This document shows, piece after piece, positions 25,670-38,671 of a stretch of 64,000 nucleotides of DNA (position 1 is its first letter; the number at the start of each line of letters is the position of its first letter). The translations under genes were made by a program, and so were the position numbers. Under the pieces are notes generated by a model. That model saw nothing but the letters and a program-made list of their open reading frames with translations. It made no database searches and was not told the DNA's origin. The DNA is from Octopus vulgaris (taxonomy: Eukaryota): contig OX597815.1 in assembly GCA_951406725.2 (NCBI GenBank), positions 96,286,001 to 96,350,000 on the forward strand, in the 5' to 3' direction.

Positions 25670-27790
25670 GGCTGCAATTGATCTACATTTGGGTGACCCT
25701 TTATAAGGATCCCTCATTGCCTGGTTCCAAATTTTTCATCGGACCTGTTCCTCTGCTAACGAAATCAATCCCATTATCTTTTCTCCTTTATGTTACTTTC
25801 CTTTTTGTAAAAGTGTGAATAAACTCTTTCCTCAATGTTTCATTTACTTTTTCCTACCTTTTGGGCTATCTATATTCTACAATTATTCCTCTACTCGTTA
25901 CAATTTTTAACGCGTGCATCTTTGTCTGCTAGTTAGGAGTCTACAACTCTTTCATCGAGCTCCACTGTTTCCACAGTTACTAAGGGTCTTCCTTCGACTT
26001 TTTTCCATGCAAAACCGGTTCGTATATACATGCCTCTCTAAATTGTGACTTGCTTTCTTTTTTGTCCTGCCCATATGCACGAGCTTATCCTGTCCTAATT
26101 TAATAATTCATGTTTTATGCTTTAATAATGATGTTGCCCTCGGTTTCATTGCTTGTATGATGTGTACCGTATTCCTTTCAGATTTAAAACACTTTTCCTT
26201 AATTTCTATACTTATCGTTTTGTCGTTTCACTATATCTTATATATTTCTTCTGTATTTAACAAGGGCATATGCTTATTTGCCAACTCAAATTCTGGTGAG
26301 TAAACAAACTGCTTAGCAGCATTTGTTTTGCAATTACGTTTTGGGTTCAAATGTCACCAAAGTCGATATTACTTTCCATCATTTCGATGTCGATAAAATG
26401 AAATATCAGTCAAGTACTCGCGGTGATGTAATCGACTAACCCTCCAAAAATTTCAGTCTTTATGCTTAAAATAGAAAGAATTATTACGCAAATCTCCTTT
26501 AATACATTATTATGAGTTTCCATTGATCCTCGTTTTCACAGCGCATTTCTTGATTTCGAAATCTATCACAGTGCCGTTAATGAACGTTGTTACTGTTTAC
26601 ATGTAGGTATAATTCTTACATTCATTATAAAGCTTTAACACTCCTAATGTAGCAGATGATTCACTATTCTTCATATCTTTCCCACCGAGTGCTCTTTCTC
26701 CTTCTAGTTTCCTTTAATATGGACGACAATGTATCTGAGCAGTTACAAATTCGGGAAGATTTGTCCTCTTTCGAAATTTAGATCTTATAAACATTTTCAC
26801 TCAGTAAACTAAACCTTTCCAAGATCTTGCATGGTTGTGAGACTAGGTTGTACGCTTGTTTGCAGTACTCTACGCACTGCATACTATAATCTACCTCTCT
26901 CTACAATTCTCGAAGTCCAAGCGATCGATCACTACTTCGTATTTCCTTAGCACACACGTTTTTCGACAATTTTCTTTTGTGCATATCAGGCGTTATATGT
27001 TTCTCATAAATCAGTGTCAATATCACTTTTCTGCATTTAACCCTATCAGACGTTGTATGTAGTACACATGTAAATTGTTGATAACTTGCCTTAGAGTGTT
27101 GCACTAGTTCTTCCTTCTGTTAAGTGCAGTGGGACTTTCCCTTTCCTATGAACTCAATTAGTTGTGTCCCTATACAATTAGGGAGACTCGTAAAAGTTTT
27201 AAGTCACGAGATAAAATCTCCGGCGCAGCAGCTTTCCGATGTTGTACATATTCCATTGCTTTTCAGTAACTACTTTTGTTATGGTAATATTTCGGTCCCT
27301 GAAAAATTTTGGTGTAATTGTTCATTGCATTATCCGTCGTGTGCTATCACCGGTGTGTGGGAATTCTTTTACTAAATTTCATTCTCGATCACTTGATTGC
27401 TGCAGAATTTGGGTATAAGTTATTTCCTCGTGTCTCCTTCACGAATAGAAAATAGACACCACTTCTTTGATGCATAAAGATGATATTGATTATTTCGGTT
27501 GGTTGTTTATTCGTATTTTCAGACTTTTGCCATTTTTACCATTATTCTCTACTTAAGTTCTCCGTCCGATATCCCTTATCTTATTTTGATACTTGCTACA
27601 TTCACCCACAACAGCGTTAATCTGCTTTCTTCCATACACCATGCAACCACTGCTCCAACTTAATAATTCTTTCTTAAGGTAGATAACCTTTATTTGTACC
27701 CCTCGGAACATAGAAGTCCAGATGAACTTAGAAGACCATATAACTTAACTGTCTTGTAGTATCTACCAAGTGAACATCTTTGACAAGTCG
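25670..27790 (-). mobile_element. Ancient RTE-like LINE remnant interrupted by a SINE
   Basis: Decayed GKVP..GRT...GK segment near 27130 and a terminal G.RP.K-like segment near 25740. Many stops. Confidence 0.4.
26290..26485 (+). mobile_element. SINE, third family
   Basis: B-box gggttcaaat, then tttccatc..gtcgataaaat..cagtcaagtact..gatgtaatcgactaacc and an agaattatta tail. Confidence 0.6.
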
Positions 27791-28559
27791 TTAAGAATAT
27801 TATGAAAGATCAGTTACAAGAGAGTAAACCACTGACAATAGTAGCAATATTAGTAACAACAATAACAACAACAACAATAATAATAATAAAATTCTGCAGC
27901 GAATAACGAAACATGACGGACGTGTACGAGCGAGCTCCTTGCGGTGCTCGATTAAAAATGTGATCATCGGCAAACAGGATTTATGAAACACCAAATTTAA
28001 GAAAGAAAAAAAAGTGGTCCCTAATGTAAATTAGATTAGGATATCGAAATATTTCTGTCATATATGAAATATAGATACTGTCAGACATGTTGTCGCTGAA
28101 AAACAAGCGTGTGATAATATAAGCAACATGCGGTAATGAGACTTTCCTGTGCATGAATTAAAATAATGTTGCTACAGAAGAACAATACAAGTACAAAAGA
28201 TAATCGTATATGTAATATCATCTCTATACAGATACACATAAATGTAATATTTATATAATTCGCACATGCACCAGTACGTCTAGTACATAAACAAGATATA
28301 GTAGAGACATAGTAATGGCAGTTGATGCAAAATGTAACAAGTCTCATTTTAAATCGAGAAAAAAGAGATATGCTCGGAAACAGATAAAAGCTAACTTCTA
28401 TCTGTGGGGCTAAGCAGCTTAAGATGCGAAAAATAGCAAACAACAAGAGACGATGATCAGCGGAAAAGTTACCTCCGACGGGGAAGGCCCCTCTACAAAT
28501 GTCACTGCCCAAGTAGACCTAGCGGATGAACTACAAAGGATGGTCGGGGAGAGGTAGAA

Positions 28560-30490
28560 GTTGAAACAAGGGAGAGAGTAGACTGTTAAGGATGAGGAAC
28601 AGGAGCATTATACAGTGAACTCCGATACTCTGATGGGTGGATATGCAGTGGAAATGATTTAAGTACATAATGAATTGCTTGAGATTCAAAGACGACTCAC
28701 AGAGTTGATGAATGATCCGGAAGAAAAATCGCCATGGATATGAGAAGTGTAGATAGGAGTATGTGAAATAAAGAAACAGAAAAGATAAATACTGTCATAC
28801 TATACATCCAGACGGAGGACATAACACAAACAAGGAATCTTCTCCGAGCTATTTCACTACTTGCTGAGGAGGAATTACAACTTCAGAAAACAGAAAATGC
28901 TGGAGCAAAAGAATCGTGGTGGCAACAACGCATTGAAAGAGACATAACGCGGGCAAGGAAAAAGTGAACAATGGTTAAGAGGGAACATAAAAAATGGGAA
29001 AAAGACTGATCGAGAAAAATTAAAGAAATATAAAATACGGAAGAATGGGGATGATGCAGAAATAGAGTTAAAAGAGAGGATCATGTCAGAAAGCCAGAAG
29101 CTCAGAAGATCTGTGAACATAAATAAGCAGTTCGAGGAGGACAGATTGTTCAAAAGTATTCCGAAGCAATTCTTCTGAACGTTAGGAGAGAATGGAGAAA
29201 ATGTTGCCCCTGATGCAAATCAAGCCAAGAAGGTCTGTAGCAGAATATGGGGAAACAATGTGAAAAGAAACAAAGGACTATTGTCATAAGCACGGGTGAC
29301 GTAAAAAAGCAAGCGGTAAGCGCCTAACTGGAAAGCCCCAGGCGCAAATGGGATTCATGACCTTTAGCATGAAAGACTAGCAACCCAACTGAATGCATCC
29401 AGAATGGTGCAGTCTCCTCGTTGATGGTGATTGGAAGCACAACATTTGTAATGAATTATAGAAGAAAAGGAAATATTGTGAGAAACTATCGTCCCATAGC
29501 ATGCCTAACCATAATCTGGAAGTTACTCACTGGAATATGTGCAGCAGAGACTCATACTTTCCTGGTACAGAAGAAATACTACCAAGGGAACAAAGCCGGT
29601 GTTGGAAGAGTTCTCAGAGTACAGTGGATCACATGGTCATCAATAAGACAGTTTTGAGGCATTATAAAAGGCAGCATACAAACATGTTTGTGGCTTGGAG
29701 GGACTTTAAGAAAGCATATATGTTGCCTTATTCTTGGATCGTTGAATACCTGCGGATGTTGGTGTTGCTGATAACATCACAAATTTTCTGATGCATAGCA
29801 TGAAGAGTGGAAAATCAAATTGTACTCAAGTAATGTATTTGTCGGGGAAGTGAATATTAGAAGGGATATCTTCCAAGGTAACTCGTTTTCTGTTACTATT
29901 TGTAATTGCACTAATACCCATAACAATAGCACTTAAGAAAGTTAAGATTGGTCACCGATGTGGGAAGAAAGACCCATCATTGAACCATCTTCTGTTTATG
30001 GATGACCTGATATGTTTTGGGAAATCAGAAAAAGCAGATATATTCCGTAACGAAAACTGTCCAGAAGTATGGTAGTCATATCGGTATGAAATTTGGGATT
30101 ACGAAATGCTCAGTACTTAATATGAAAATAGGTTAAGAAGCCATCATTTAGAGGACTGCGATTACCATCAGAAGAGACCATGGGTGAATCCGACGGTAGT
30201 GGGTATAGATATTTAGGTATTTTGGAGCTGGATGACATTCTACACAGGGAAATGAAAGTCAATGTCAGCGATGGGTAACAAAGAAGGGTGAAGATGGTGT
30301 TGAATGCCAAAAAAATTGATTACCGCAATGAATATTTCGACAGTTGCGGTGGACAGATAAAGTGCGTCCATCTTCAAATGGACTAAGGAGGAAATATCAA
30401 CGCTGGATAGAAAGACGAGAAATTTGATGACCATGCATGGCGTGCTACACCCTAAAGCAAACGTAAACAATCCGTACGTAAACAGACCGT
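28560..30490 (+). mobile_element. Dong/R4-like RLE LINE, decayed RT region
   Basis: NYRPIACLTIIWKLLTGI, VAWRDFKKAY, IFQGNS, HLLFMDDL, YRYLGI and HGVLHPKANV occur in order across frameshifts. Confidence 0.9.
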
Positions 30491-30504
30491 ATATATTCTT
30501 TTTC

Positions 30505-30912
30505 GCTGAGTTGGTCCCGGGCCGCAATGATTAGGCTCTCAGTATTCTATTTTTAGGTCACCTTGTTTGAGCCCCCTCCATGGTGCTCCTTGGTCTTTAA
30601 ATTTGTTGGTTTCACGGTGGAACTGACCGTGTAATTCCATACAGAGTAGGGTTTATTCTATCTCATTGGGGGTTCTTGTTCGGAATTAAATTAGCACTCT
30701 CACGTCCATTTTTGTTAACTTCTACTGAACTAGCAGCATTCTGTATGCCATATATTTTGCCATATTCCCTCTTTTACTCTTGATGCACTGACGTACGCTA
30801 ATCAACCCACGTTCACCCTTACCTCTCTTCATGTAGAGCCTGTGTACATTTGCATTAGGGTGGAGGGCGCCATGCATTGTCATTGTCTTTTGGGCAGTGC
30901 GACCGAATTGGT
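30505..30912 (-). mobile_element. Dong/R4-like LINE post-RT fragment
   Basis: MTMHGALHPNANVHRLYMKRGKGERGL..LHGQFHRE..TESLIIAARDQ. Its 5' end abuts (TAA)n. Confidence 0.85.
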
Positions 30913-30914
30913 CA

Positions 30915-31001
<87 letters not shown>

Positions 31002-31010
31002 ATTATCATC

Positions 31011-31935
31011 ATCCTTATTGGTGATACACTTCACTCTCCTCTCTGGGTGTCTTTCACCACTCTGCTTCAGTTTCGTACTGTTTCTCCCGAGACAATATGT
31101 TTGCCCAGGTCTTTTGCTTTTTTCAGCATTCGGCACAGCTTTTGCACCCATTTCTTTCCCATCCATTCATGATAGACTCGTTCATGAATTTGTTCGAAAA
31201 CTCTGCTCAATTCTCTGTTCATATATCTTTAGTCTACGTGCTTTAGCTTTCAACCCTTGTTTTCAATCCTCAATCTCAACATTCATCCTATACTTCCTCT
31301 CTCGCTCAGCATATTTCTTTCTCTAAGCTTAATTTTTTTCCGTTCCTGCATATTAATATATTTTGTTGTCTAGTTAATAGACTGCGTTATTCTTCTTTTC
31401 CACCATGGTTCATTCAGGTTATGCTAACATTTGCTTTTGGCTTTCAAACTAAACTTCCGGTCTATAAAGTTCGAGATTTCATTTACCAGATTGTTGGTGT
31501 CTCTGGTGTTTTCAGTCCTGATATCACCAGCGATATCCTTTATCTTCCTGACCCATTCATTGAGTTTCTTTCTGTCCACTTTCTTAAAACTTGTATAAAA
31601 TCTCTGTTCACCAGAGGTCCAAATATCAAAGATTTCAATTAAAATAGATATCTGTTTCCCGGTACTCTCATCGCTCTCCTGATTAATATTCTCAGCCTTA
31701 TGCTCGTTTTCTTCATTCAACTCTACTGCCATAGTTTCACTATCTGCATTCTCTTCCTCATCCTTCCGTTAATCGCTGGTCTTACTATCCCTAAGCACCC
31801 GTCTCTTGATGCTTTCTAGTTCAACTGGAGATAACTTTTCATTCTTTCTGATGGCTCTAGCTCGGTCGCAAGGATTTTTCACTTAATACAAATAGACCTC
31901 TGTCGCCCCATGCCTTGTGTATTCTTTTTCTATAT
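31011..31935 (-). mobile_element. Dong/R4-like LINE N-terminal fragment
   Basis: DRARAIRKNEKLSPVELESIKR..DTNNLVNEIS..EPWWKRR, similar to the N-terminus of the 34991-38675 element. Confidence 0.7.
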
Positions 31936-31968
31936 CCCCTACAGGGTACTTTATTTTCTATACATTTC

Positions 31969-32155
31969 TATATTTAAGAGATGAGGAATTATGTACAGTA
32001 ATTACATTATTTACATTATTTACATTTGACGGATATTTGTCCTCATATTTGTTGTTAACACAACGTTTCAGCTGATATAGCCTCCAGTCTTCATCAGGTG
32101 TCCTTGGGAGATTTCGAACCTGGGTTCTCATACCTAAGGGATTTTCGATGTTGTT
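31969..32155 (-). mobile_element. Short hammerhead-bearing repeat abutting (AAT)n (Penelope pLTR-like)
   Basis: Same family as 44681-44835 (+) and the fragment at 42892-42930. Confidence 0.75.
32058..32101 (-). ncRNA. Minimal type I hammerhead motif
   Basis: ACAC-CTGATGA-AGACTG..CAGCT-GAAACGTT-GTGT. Stem III is the palindrome AACGTT and the cleavage triplet is GUU. Confidence 0.75.
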
Positions 32156-32164
32156 GTTGTTCTA

Positions 32165-32239
<75 letters not shown>

Positions 32240-32244
32240 ATTAA

Positions 32245-32296
<52 letters not shown>

Positions 32297-32476
32297 ATTA
32301 TTATTATTATTATTATTCTTTTCCTCGTAAGAGTTCAATAGCCTTTATATAGAAGGTTTTTCTTCCTGTAGGGTGTCAAAATAGCAAGAATCATATACTC
32401 TCCTCAGAGCAATCTCTGCAGGGCTGTTGATTTTGTCACCGACATCCCGACCAGAAAAAAGGAAATAAAAACAATG

Positions 32477-32527
<51 letters not shown>

Positions 32528-32619
32528 AGAGAGAGGGAGAGAATGGCAGAGAGAAAATATTTGCCTCGCCCACAGTTTGGTACCGGGAAAAGTTGGTAGG
32601 GTGGAAGGGTGTTCGCATC

Positions 32620-33060
32620 AGCCTCATGGCAAAGCCGTCTTTTCATTAGAGTAGCTAGTTAGGAATATCTGAAGGAGATAAACAACACAAAAAAGGAAAG
32701 AACGAAGAGAAATATTTAACTGATTTTCTTTGACATAGCTAGGTAGGAATATTTGAAGAAGATAACAGAAAAAGATAAAGACGGAGAAGAAACTGTTAAC
32801 TGATTTTCTTTGGCCTTGTGCTGCTACCCTCATGGTAAAGCTGTCTTTTCATTAGTGTAGCAAGGTGGAATATCTGAAGAACATAAAGAAAACAATGAAA
32901 AGCGGGCAAAGACATTTTTAGCTGACTTCCTTTGGCGTAGCTAAGTAGGAATATTTAAAGAAGATAAACAAACAAAATGTGTAGTGGGAGAAAAAAATAA
33001 CAAACCTTTTTTGGCGTCGTGCTGCTAGCTTCATGGCAAAGTCGTCTTTACATTAGAGTA
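32620..33060. repeat. Degenerate tandem repeat, ~205-bp period with ~100-bp subrepeat
   Basis: tcatggcaaagccgtcttttcattag recurs at about 32624, 32830 and 33031. The submotif aggaatatYtgaag recurs about every 100 bp. Confidence 0.8.
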
Positions 33061-33158
33061 ACGGGAAGCTTTATGAAAATAGACAAAAGACGAAGGCAGG
33101 TGGAAAACAAACAAACAAATGTATTAGTATGGCGCTCAGGAAATATAAATAAAACAAG

Positions 33159-33196
33159 TCTTTAACGTTTCGAGCCTACGCTCTTCAACAGAAAGA
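33159..33196 (-). ncRNA. Hammerhead-like motif with non-canonical core CUGUUGA
   Basis: TCTTT-CTGTTGA-A-GAGC-GTAG-GCTC-GAAACGTT-AAAGA. Confidence 0.55.
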
Positions 33197-33361
33197 TACA
33201 CAGAGAGAAAAAAACACAGAAAGAAGGAGAGAAAAAAAATGCGTGCAGTAACTAACGAATCAACATGGCGATCTGATTTCGGCCAGAGGTCAAAGATCAA
33301 ACATGAGACGCGAGAGCGAAATTAGGGGAGATAATAGGGTTGAATGACTAGCTCCAACATA

Positions 33362-33745
33362 AGGGTGTGTGTGTGTGTGTGTGTGTGTGTATGAGAGAGT
33401 ATTAGTGCGTATGAGAGGTCTGGACGTGTGTATGTATTGGGTTGGTGTATGTATTAGTATGTAGTAGTATGTATAAGGATGTGTGTGTGTGTGTGTATGA
33501 GAGAGTATTAGTGCGTATGAGAGGTCTGGACGTGTGTATGTATAGGGTTGGTATATGTATTAGTATGTATTAGTATGTATTAGTACGTATTAGTATGTAT
33601 AAGGGTGTGTGTGTGTGTGTATGAGAGAGTATAAGTGCGTATGAGAGGTCTGGACGTGTGTATGTATAGGGTTGGTGTATGTATTAGTATGTATTAGTAT
33701 GTATTAGTACGTATTAGTATGTATTAGTTGGTGTATGTATTAGTA
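33362..33745. repeat. Three-copy ~120-bp minisatellite with internal (TG)n and (GTATTAGTAT)n
   Basis: atgagagagtattagtgcgtatgagaggtctggacgtg occurs three times. Confidence 0.9.
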
Positions 33746-34001
33746 TGGCACATCATATATGATGTGATGTGTAAAGTCGTGTGGTGTAGTGTGGAGAGAG
33801 GAGAAGAGGGGAGGGGGAGGATAGGAGGGGGAGAGAGGGGGAGAAGGAAGGGGAGGAGGAGGGGGGAGGAAGGAGGAAAGAGAGAGAGGGGGAGAGAGAA
33901 GGGGAGTGAGGGAGCAGAGGGAAGGGGAAGAGGGAAGGAGGGAGGTTGAAAGAGGGAAGAAGGGAAGGGGAGTAGGGGTGAAAGGATGAAGGACTGAAGA
34001 A

Positions 34002-34290
34002 TTAGGGGTCGGGGGGAAGGTAGGTGAGGAAGGGGGGAGAGTTGAGACCAAATGGCGTATAAGAGTGAAGAGAGAAGATTAATTCCTGTTCACGGCGCAA
34101 ACGGGAATCCGGATGGCCTCTGTGTAAGGACAAACCGAACACAGATAGGTGTTGCGAGGAGTGACCGGTGGAGCGGAAATGGCGTGAGACCGGTGTGTCG
34201 TTCGCAAGGTGGATGTCACGAAGGTGTTCCGCGAACCGGTCAGCCAAGCGGCGTCCCGTTTGTCCGATGTACAAGGAATGGCAGAGAGGT
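34002..34290 (-). pseudogene. Penelope GIY-YIG endonuclease, C-terminal part
   Basis: LCHSLYIGQTGRRLADRFAEHLRDI..PVSRHF..GH..RLRREQELIFSLHSYTPFGLN. Truncated at the 5' end at 34290. Confidence 0.92.
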
Positions 34291-34688
34291 AATAAGCGGA
34301 CAGCTTTATTCTTATTTTTATAAGAATGCCATATTAGTATGGCGATAACTATTATTTTCCAGGAACGCTGCCGTGATCTCTTTTAGAGAGACTTAGTAAT
34401 TTTAATATTTCTATTATTGAAAACAAGTGGATGTATTCCACCGAAACTAGGTAAATAACACCTTCGAACAGAGATTGTCAGAAGCGACACCTACTGGTCT
34501 GACTACGCTACATTGAAAAGGGGCAATACCCCGAAACGCGTCTGTAGCTGTCGATCAAGTAGTGTGGAGCGACTGACCTCCCTTGTTCGAAGGTTATATG
34601 GATACAGTTTGTGTATCAAATAGCTAACTTAAGGCGATGGCCTCATGGAGCAAATAAGCGGACAGCTTTATTCTTATTTTTATAAGAA
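34291..34688 (+). mobile_element. 362-bp hammerhead-containing unit with 36-bp terminal direct repeats
   Basis: aataagcggacagctttattcttatttttataagaa at 34291-34326 and 34653-34688. Non-coding, followed by (ATT)n. Confidence 0.85.
34507..34548 (+). ncRNA. Type I hammerhead ribozyme, U3:A8 core variant, apparently intact
   Basis: GCTACA-TTGAAAA-GGGG-CAATA-CCCC-GAAAC-GC-GTC-TGTAGC. Predicted cut after 34542. Stem I extends out to ccttcgaaca/tgttcgaagg. Confidence 0.85.
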
Positions 34689-34689
34689 A

Positions 34690-34754
34690 TTTTTAATTAT
34701 TATCCTCATTATCGTTATTATTATTATCATTATTATTATTATTATTATTATTAC

Positions 34755-34811
<57 letters not shown>

Positions 34812-34901
34812 CATCATTATTATTATTATCATCATCATTATTATTATTATTAATATTATTATTATTATTATTGTTATTATTATTATTATTATTATTATTA
34901 A

Positions 34902-34973
<72 letters not shown>

Positions 34974-34990
34974 CATTATTATTATTATTA
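34690..34990. repeat. (ATT)n microsatellite
   Basis: Read directly. Similar tracts at 30915-31005, 32165-32317, 38676-38735, 39686-39789, 40307-40404, 41137-41312, 42930-43030, 43884-43952 and 44525-44680. Confidence 0.98.
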
Positions 34991-37900
34991 TTTTTCCTCT
35001 TCTTTCAAATTTGCTTCCATTTCTTGCCGAGTGTCTTCCCGACTCCTAGGGCTAACAAACTCATAGTATACATTGGTAGACCATTAAACTAAACTCACTA
35101 GTTCGTTCATTTTTTTAAAAGTTAAATTAAAATACATGGGTAGTAATAGTTCTCACATCGTCAATGCTCTTCTCAATACGTGTGATGTACCAGTTAAGAC
35201 AAACTTTTGCACTTCTTGCAGGGATGATAAGCCAGGGATCATTCTCATATAATTTTCGGTTCCCTTCTTGATCATTCCTAGTGCTCCTACGATCACTGGT
35301 ATTGTAACCGCCTTGAGATGACACATTTTCTCAATTTCAATGAGTTGGTCTTTATATTTTCTGAGCTTGTCAAACTCTTTCGCCGAGATATTATGATCAC
35401 AGGGGATGCTCATGTCGATCAATAAGCAAACTTTATTGTTTTGGTCTTTCACAACAATATCCGGTTTATTGGCTTTCATGGTTCGATCTGTATGTACTGG
35501 AAAGTCCCACAGAATCGTTACATTTTCTCCTTCAGTTACAGCTTCAGGGTGGTGATTATACCACTCGTCGGAAGTTTGATATTGTAATGCCGACTTATTA
35601 GCCAGTGTAGATATTGGCCAACTCTGTCATGTCTTAATTTATACTCCACTGGTGCTAAGACTTTACATCCAGAGATTAGGTGGTCCACTGTTTCAATCAT
35701 GTTGTTGCAGAATCGGCATTTTGGGTCTGCTCCATTTTTCATCACATTGGGCTGGTAGTTCCGGGTTAATAGGCTTTGATCTTGAGCAGCCAGGTTGAAA
35801 CATTCGCTCTCTGCTTTTAGCCCGTAGCCACTGAAGGGTTTGCTTCTGGTCAACATCAGCTTGTTTGCTACGGGTCACATATTTGCCGTGCAGAGGTTTC
35901 TCCTCCCACCTATCAGCCAATTGCTCGTGCGCTTTTTTCGTTGCCATTATTTTCACCTTCTTTGCAACAATAGTTGCCTTGCTTCCCTCGGGTTGTTCAG
36001 TTTGGGTATCCTGCACGAGATCAATAGCAAATTTTTTGCTTTCCTTTATGATAGAATGAATCTTCTTTCGTCTCTCGTGATTTTCCACGAGCTTTAGCAT
36101 CCAGTCATTCGTTATTTCAAGATATTTGGCCAGTCCAATTGTGGTTGTTTTGTAAGCTAGTTCAAATTGGGTCAGGCCTCGACCTCCTTGAGCTCTGGGA
36201 AGTTAAAGGCAATCTACGTCTGCCTTTTGGTGGTGCATCCTATTACAACTCAGCAGCTTGCGTATTTTCCTATCTATATTCTTTGCTTCACTCATATTCC
36301 AGTTCAACACATTGTAGCTATAAGTAACAACTGGAACTGCTAAGGAATTTATAGCTAACACCTTGTTACGTGCATTTAGTTCAGGTTTCAGGACTGCACG
36401 AACTCTCCTATAACATTCCTTCCTGAACTTCTCTTTCATGCTTGCATGCTGAATACCAGAGCCTTCATTTATCCCTAAATATTTGTATGTTTGTTCTTGC
36501 TAAAGCTCTCTTATGACTGTGTCAACATCTAACAAGACTGAATTTGTGGTCTTCACTTTCCCTTTGTGGAAAGTGGCCTTGGCACACTTCTCAAGCCCAA
36601 ACTCCATCCCGATGTCATCGCTGAATGCTTTCACAGTGCGCAATAGGCCTTCAAGTTCATTATCGTCTTTACCATGTAGTCTTAAGTTATCCATATAAAA
36701 TAGATGGCTTATTTTTTTATTGGCAATTTTATACCCATACCTTGTTCTGTTTAATTCACTTGTAAGGGGTATTAGGGCTATGCAGAATATTAAAGGTGAA
36801 AGTGAGTCACCTTGAAAAATTCCACATTTGATGTTTATATTTTCTGAGGCAAGTACTCCATTAGAGTGGTATAATTGGAGATTCGTATTCTACAACGACA
36901 TATTGTGCTTCAGGAAGCTTGAAATCACAGGGGCCCCTTTTTGAAATCACAGGGCCCCCTTTTTGTTCAATGGGGAAAATATCGTTCTTCTCCATGAATG
37001 CATATGTTTTCTCCGCCAGGATAGATGTTAGGATTTTATACGTGGTGGATAGACAGGTTATAGGCCGGTAGTTTTTTGGAAGGTTAGTTTCGTTGTTCTT
37101 TGGGAGTAGGTAAGTAATACCACTTGCTAACTATTCAGGTGTTTTCTTTGGGTCTCTCATAATTCCATTGAGCAGCTGAACTAGTTTACCATGTGCGCAT
37201 GGGAGCGATGCGAGCGAGAAATGCGGCACCCTATATTTAACGGGGGATTTCCAATTATGGGCCTTCGTTAGTGCCTTTCTTAGGTCTGCTATTGTGATGT
37301 CTACCCATGCTTATTGTAAATTTTGGTAGGATCCTTCTGTTTGTATAATCCAGTCTGCACTTATGTTGTACGTCTTCTTGTCACTCCAAATCCTTTTCCA
37401 AAAGTTTTGAACTTCTTCCATGGGAGGGGGGTCTTTAACGGTTACTTTCTCCTTCCCTATTTCTATGTAGAATTTTTTTGCATTGGATGTGAACAGCTTA
37501 TTTTGCTTGTAAAACTTGTTTCTCTTCTCAAATCGTATTCTTTGGGCTTTTGCTTGGACATTTTGCTTCAGCGTTTCTTTTATTGATATCAGTTCTTCTC
37601 TTGATGAGGATCCAAATTTTCTCTTCATCTTTCTTCCTGTTCTGGATCTTACATCATTTCCAAATATTAGTTCATTTAATATCGATATTTCTCCTCTCAT
37701 AAATTCAATCTCTTTTTCAATTTTACTTCTCCAGGTTTGATTTCTTCCCAGGTTTGGTTTTCTTTGTTTTTTTGGGAGCAGACAGTTGGTTTCAATTGCC
37801 CTAGCAGAAGCGTAAATAATTTCATTTAACTCAGTAAAATCAGGTTTTAATTCTTGTATTATTTCATTTGTTACATAGTTGCCAATTTGGATTTGTTTTT

Positions 37901-38671
37901 TTATTTTGGTTTGTATTTGAGAGTTTATGAAGTGGTTCTCTATCATTCATACTTGTATGTCTTGCAACTTCAAGCGTATTCAGGATGTTCTGCCTCATTT
38001 CTGCCATAGACTCTATGTGTTCTTCAGCAAATGCGAGATCTTCAGTTACTGTTGTTTTATCATTTTCCTGGCTATCTTTAACAGGTTCAATAGAATTTCT
38101 TTTATCTTCAGGCCTTTGCGTACTTTGGTCAGATGGCAGTCTTTCAATTAAACCTCGTTGCGGGCTATACTGTTCATCTGATTCTTCATTTCCTTTGTGT
38201 CTTATATTTATGTCATTTTCCGTTGCGTGCTTGATCGCGCTTATTTCACTGTCTGTGAGTCTGTTATTTCTAAGGATATCCCTCCACACATTTGCCAATT
38301 TGTTCTCGTCCAAATAGGGCCTTCTGTCTTGATTCCGTGTTCTCCATATACTGTAAGAGTTTGCGGTGTGTCTCTCTTGAGATGGCCTACCTAATGCATA
38401 GTAATAAGCGTATATTACTTCTTTATACTCTTCTCGGGTCCATTTGTTCCGCTTACATTTTTTCTTTCTGTGGTGGTTGTGGTGGTGAACTTCGAGAGCT
38501 CGAGTTGGGGAATTTCCCGTTCAAGTGACCATCCATGTCCGTTTCGGAGAAGAGTTTGTGCCAGTTGATGAATGTTCGATCCCAGGCTGGCTCTTCCGTG
38601 GGGCACGCGCTTCCAGATTAACCATAGGACAAGCGATTTGGTATACTGATTTAGTTTTCTTTTTAGTTTCC

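Larger units (their letters stand above)
33060..34290 (-). mobile_element. Penelope-like element 3' part (GIY-YIG end, repeat-rich UTR, pLTR with hammerhead-like motif)
   Basis: GIY-YIG ORF end at 34002-34290. The terminal segment 33060-33240 recurs at 48165-48320 and 53580-53735. Confidence 0.85.

Noticed and set aside
30400-30912. Convergent LINE pieces overlapping at the HGxLHP motif as a twin-priming inversion
   Set aside because: The overlapping nucleotides differ at many positions, so separate copies are more likely.
32620-33745. Repeat-spacer-like arrays as CRISPR
   Set aside because: The intervening sequences are themselves repeated, the context is eukaryotic and there are no cas genes.
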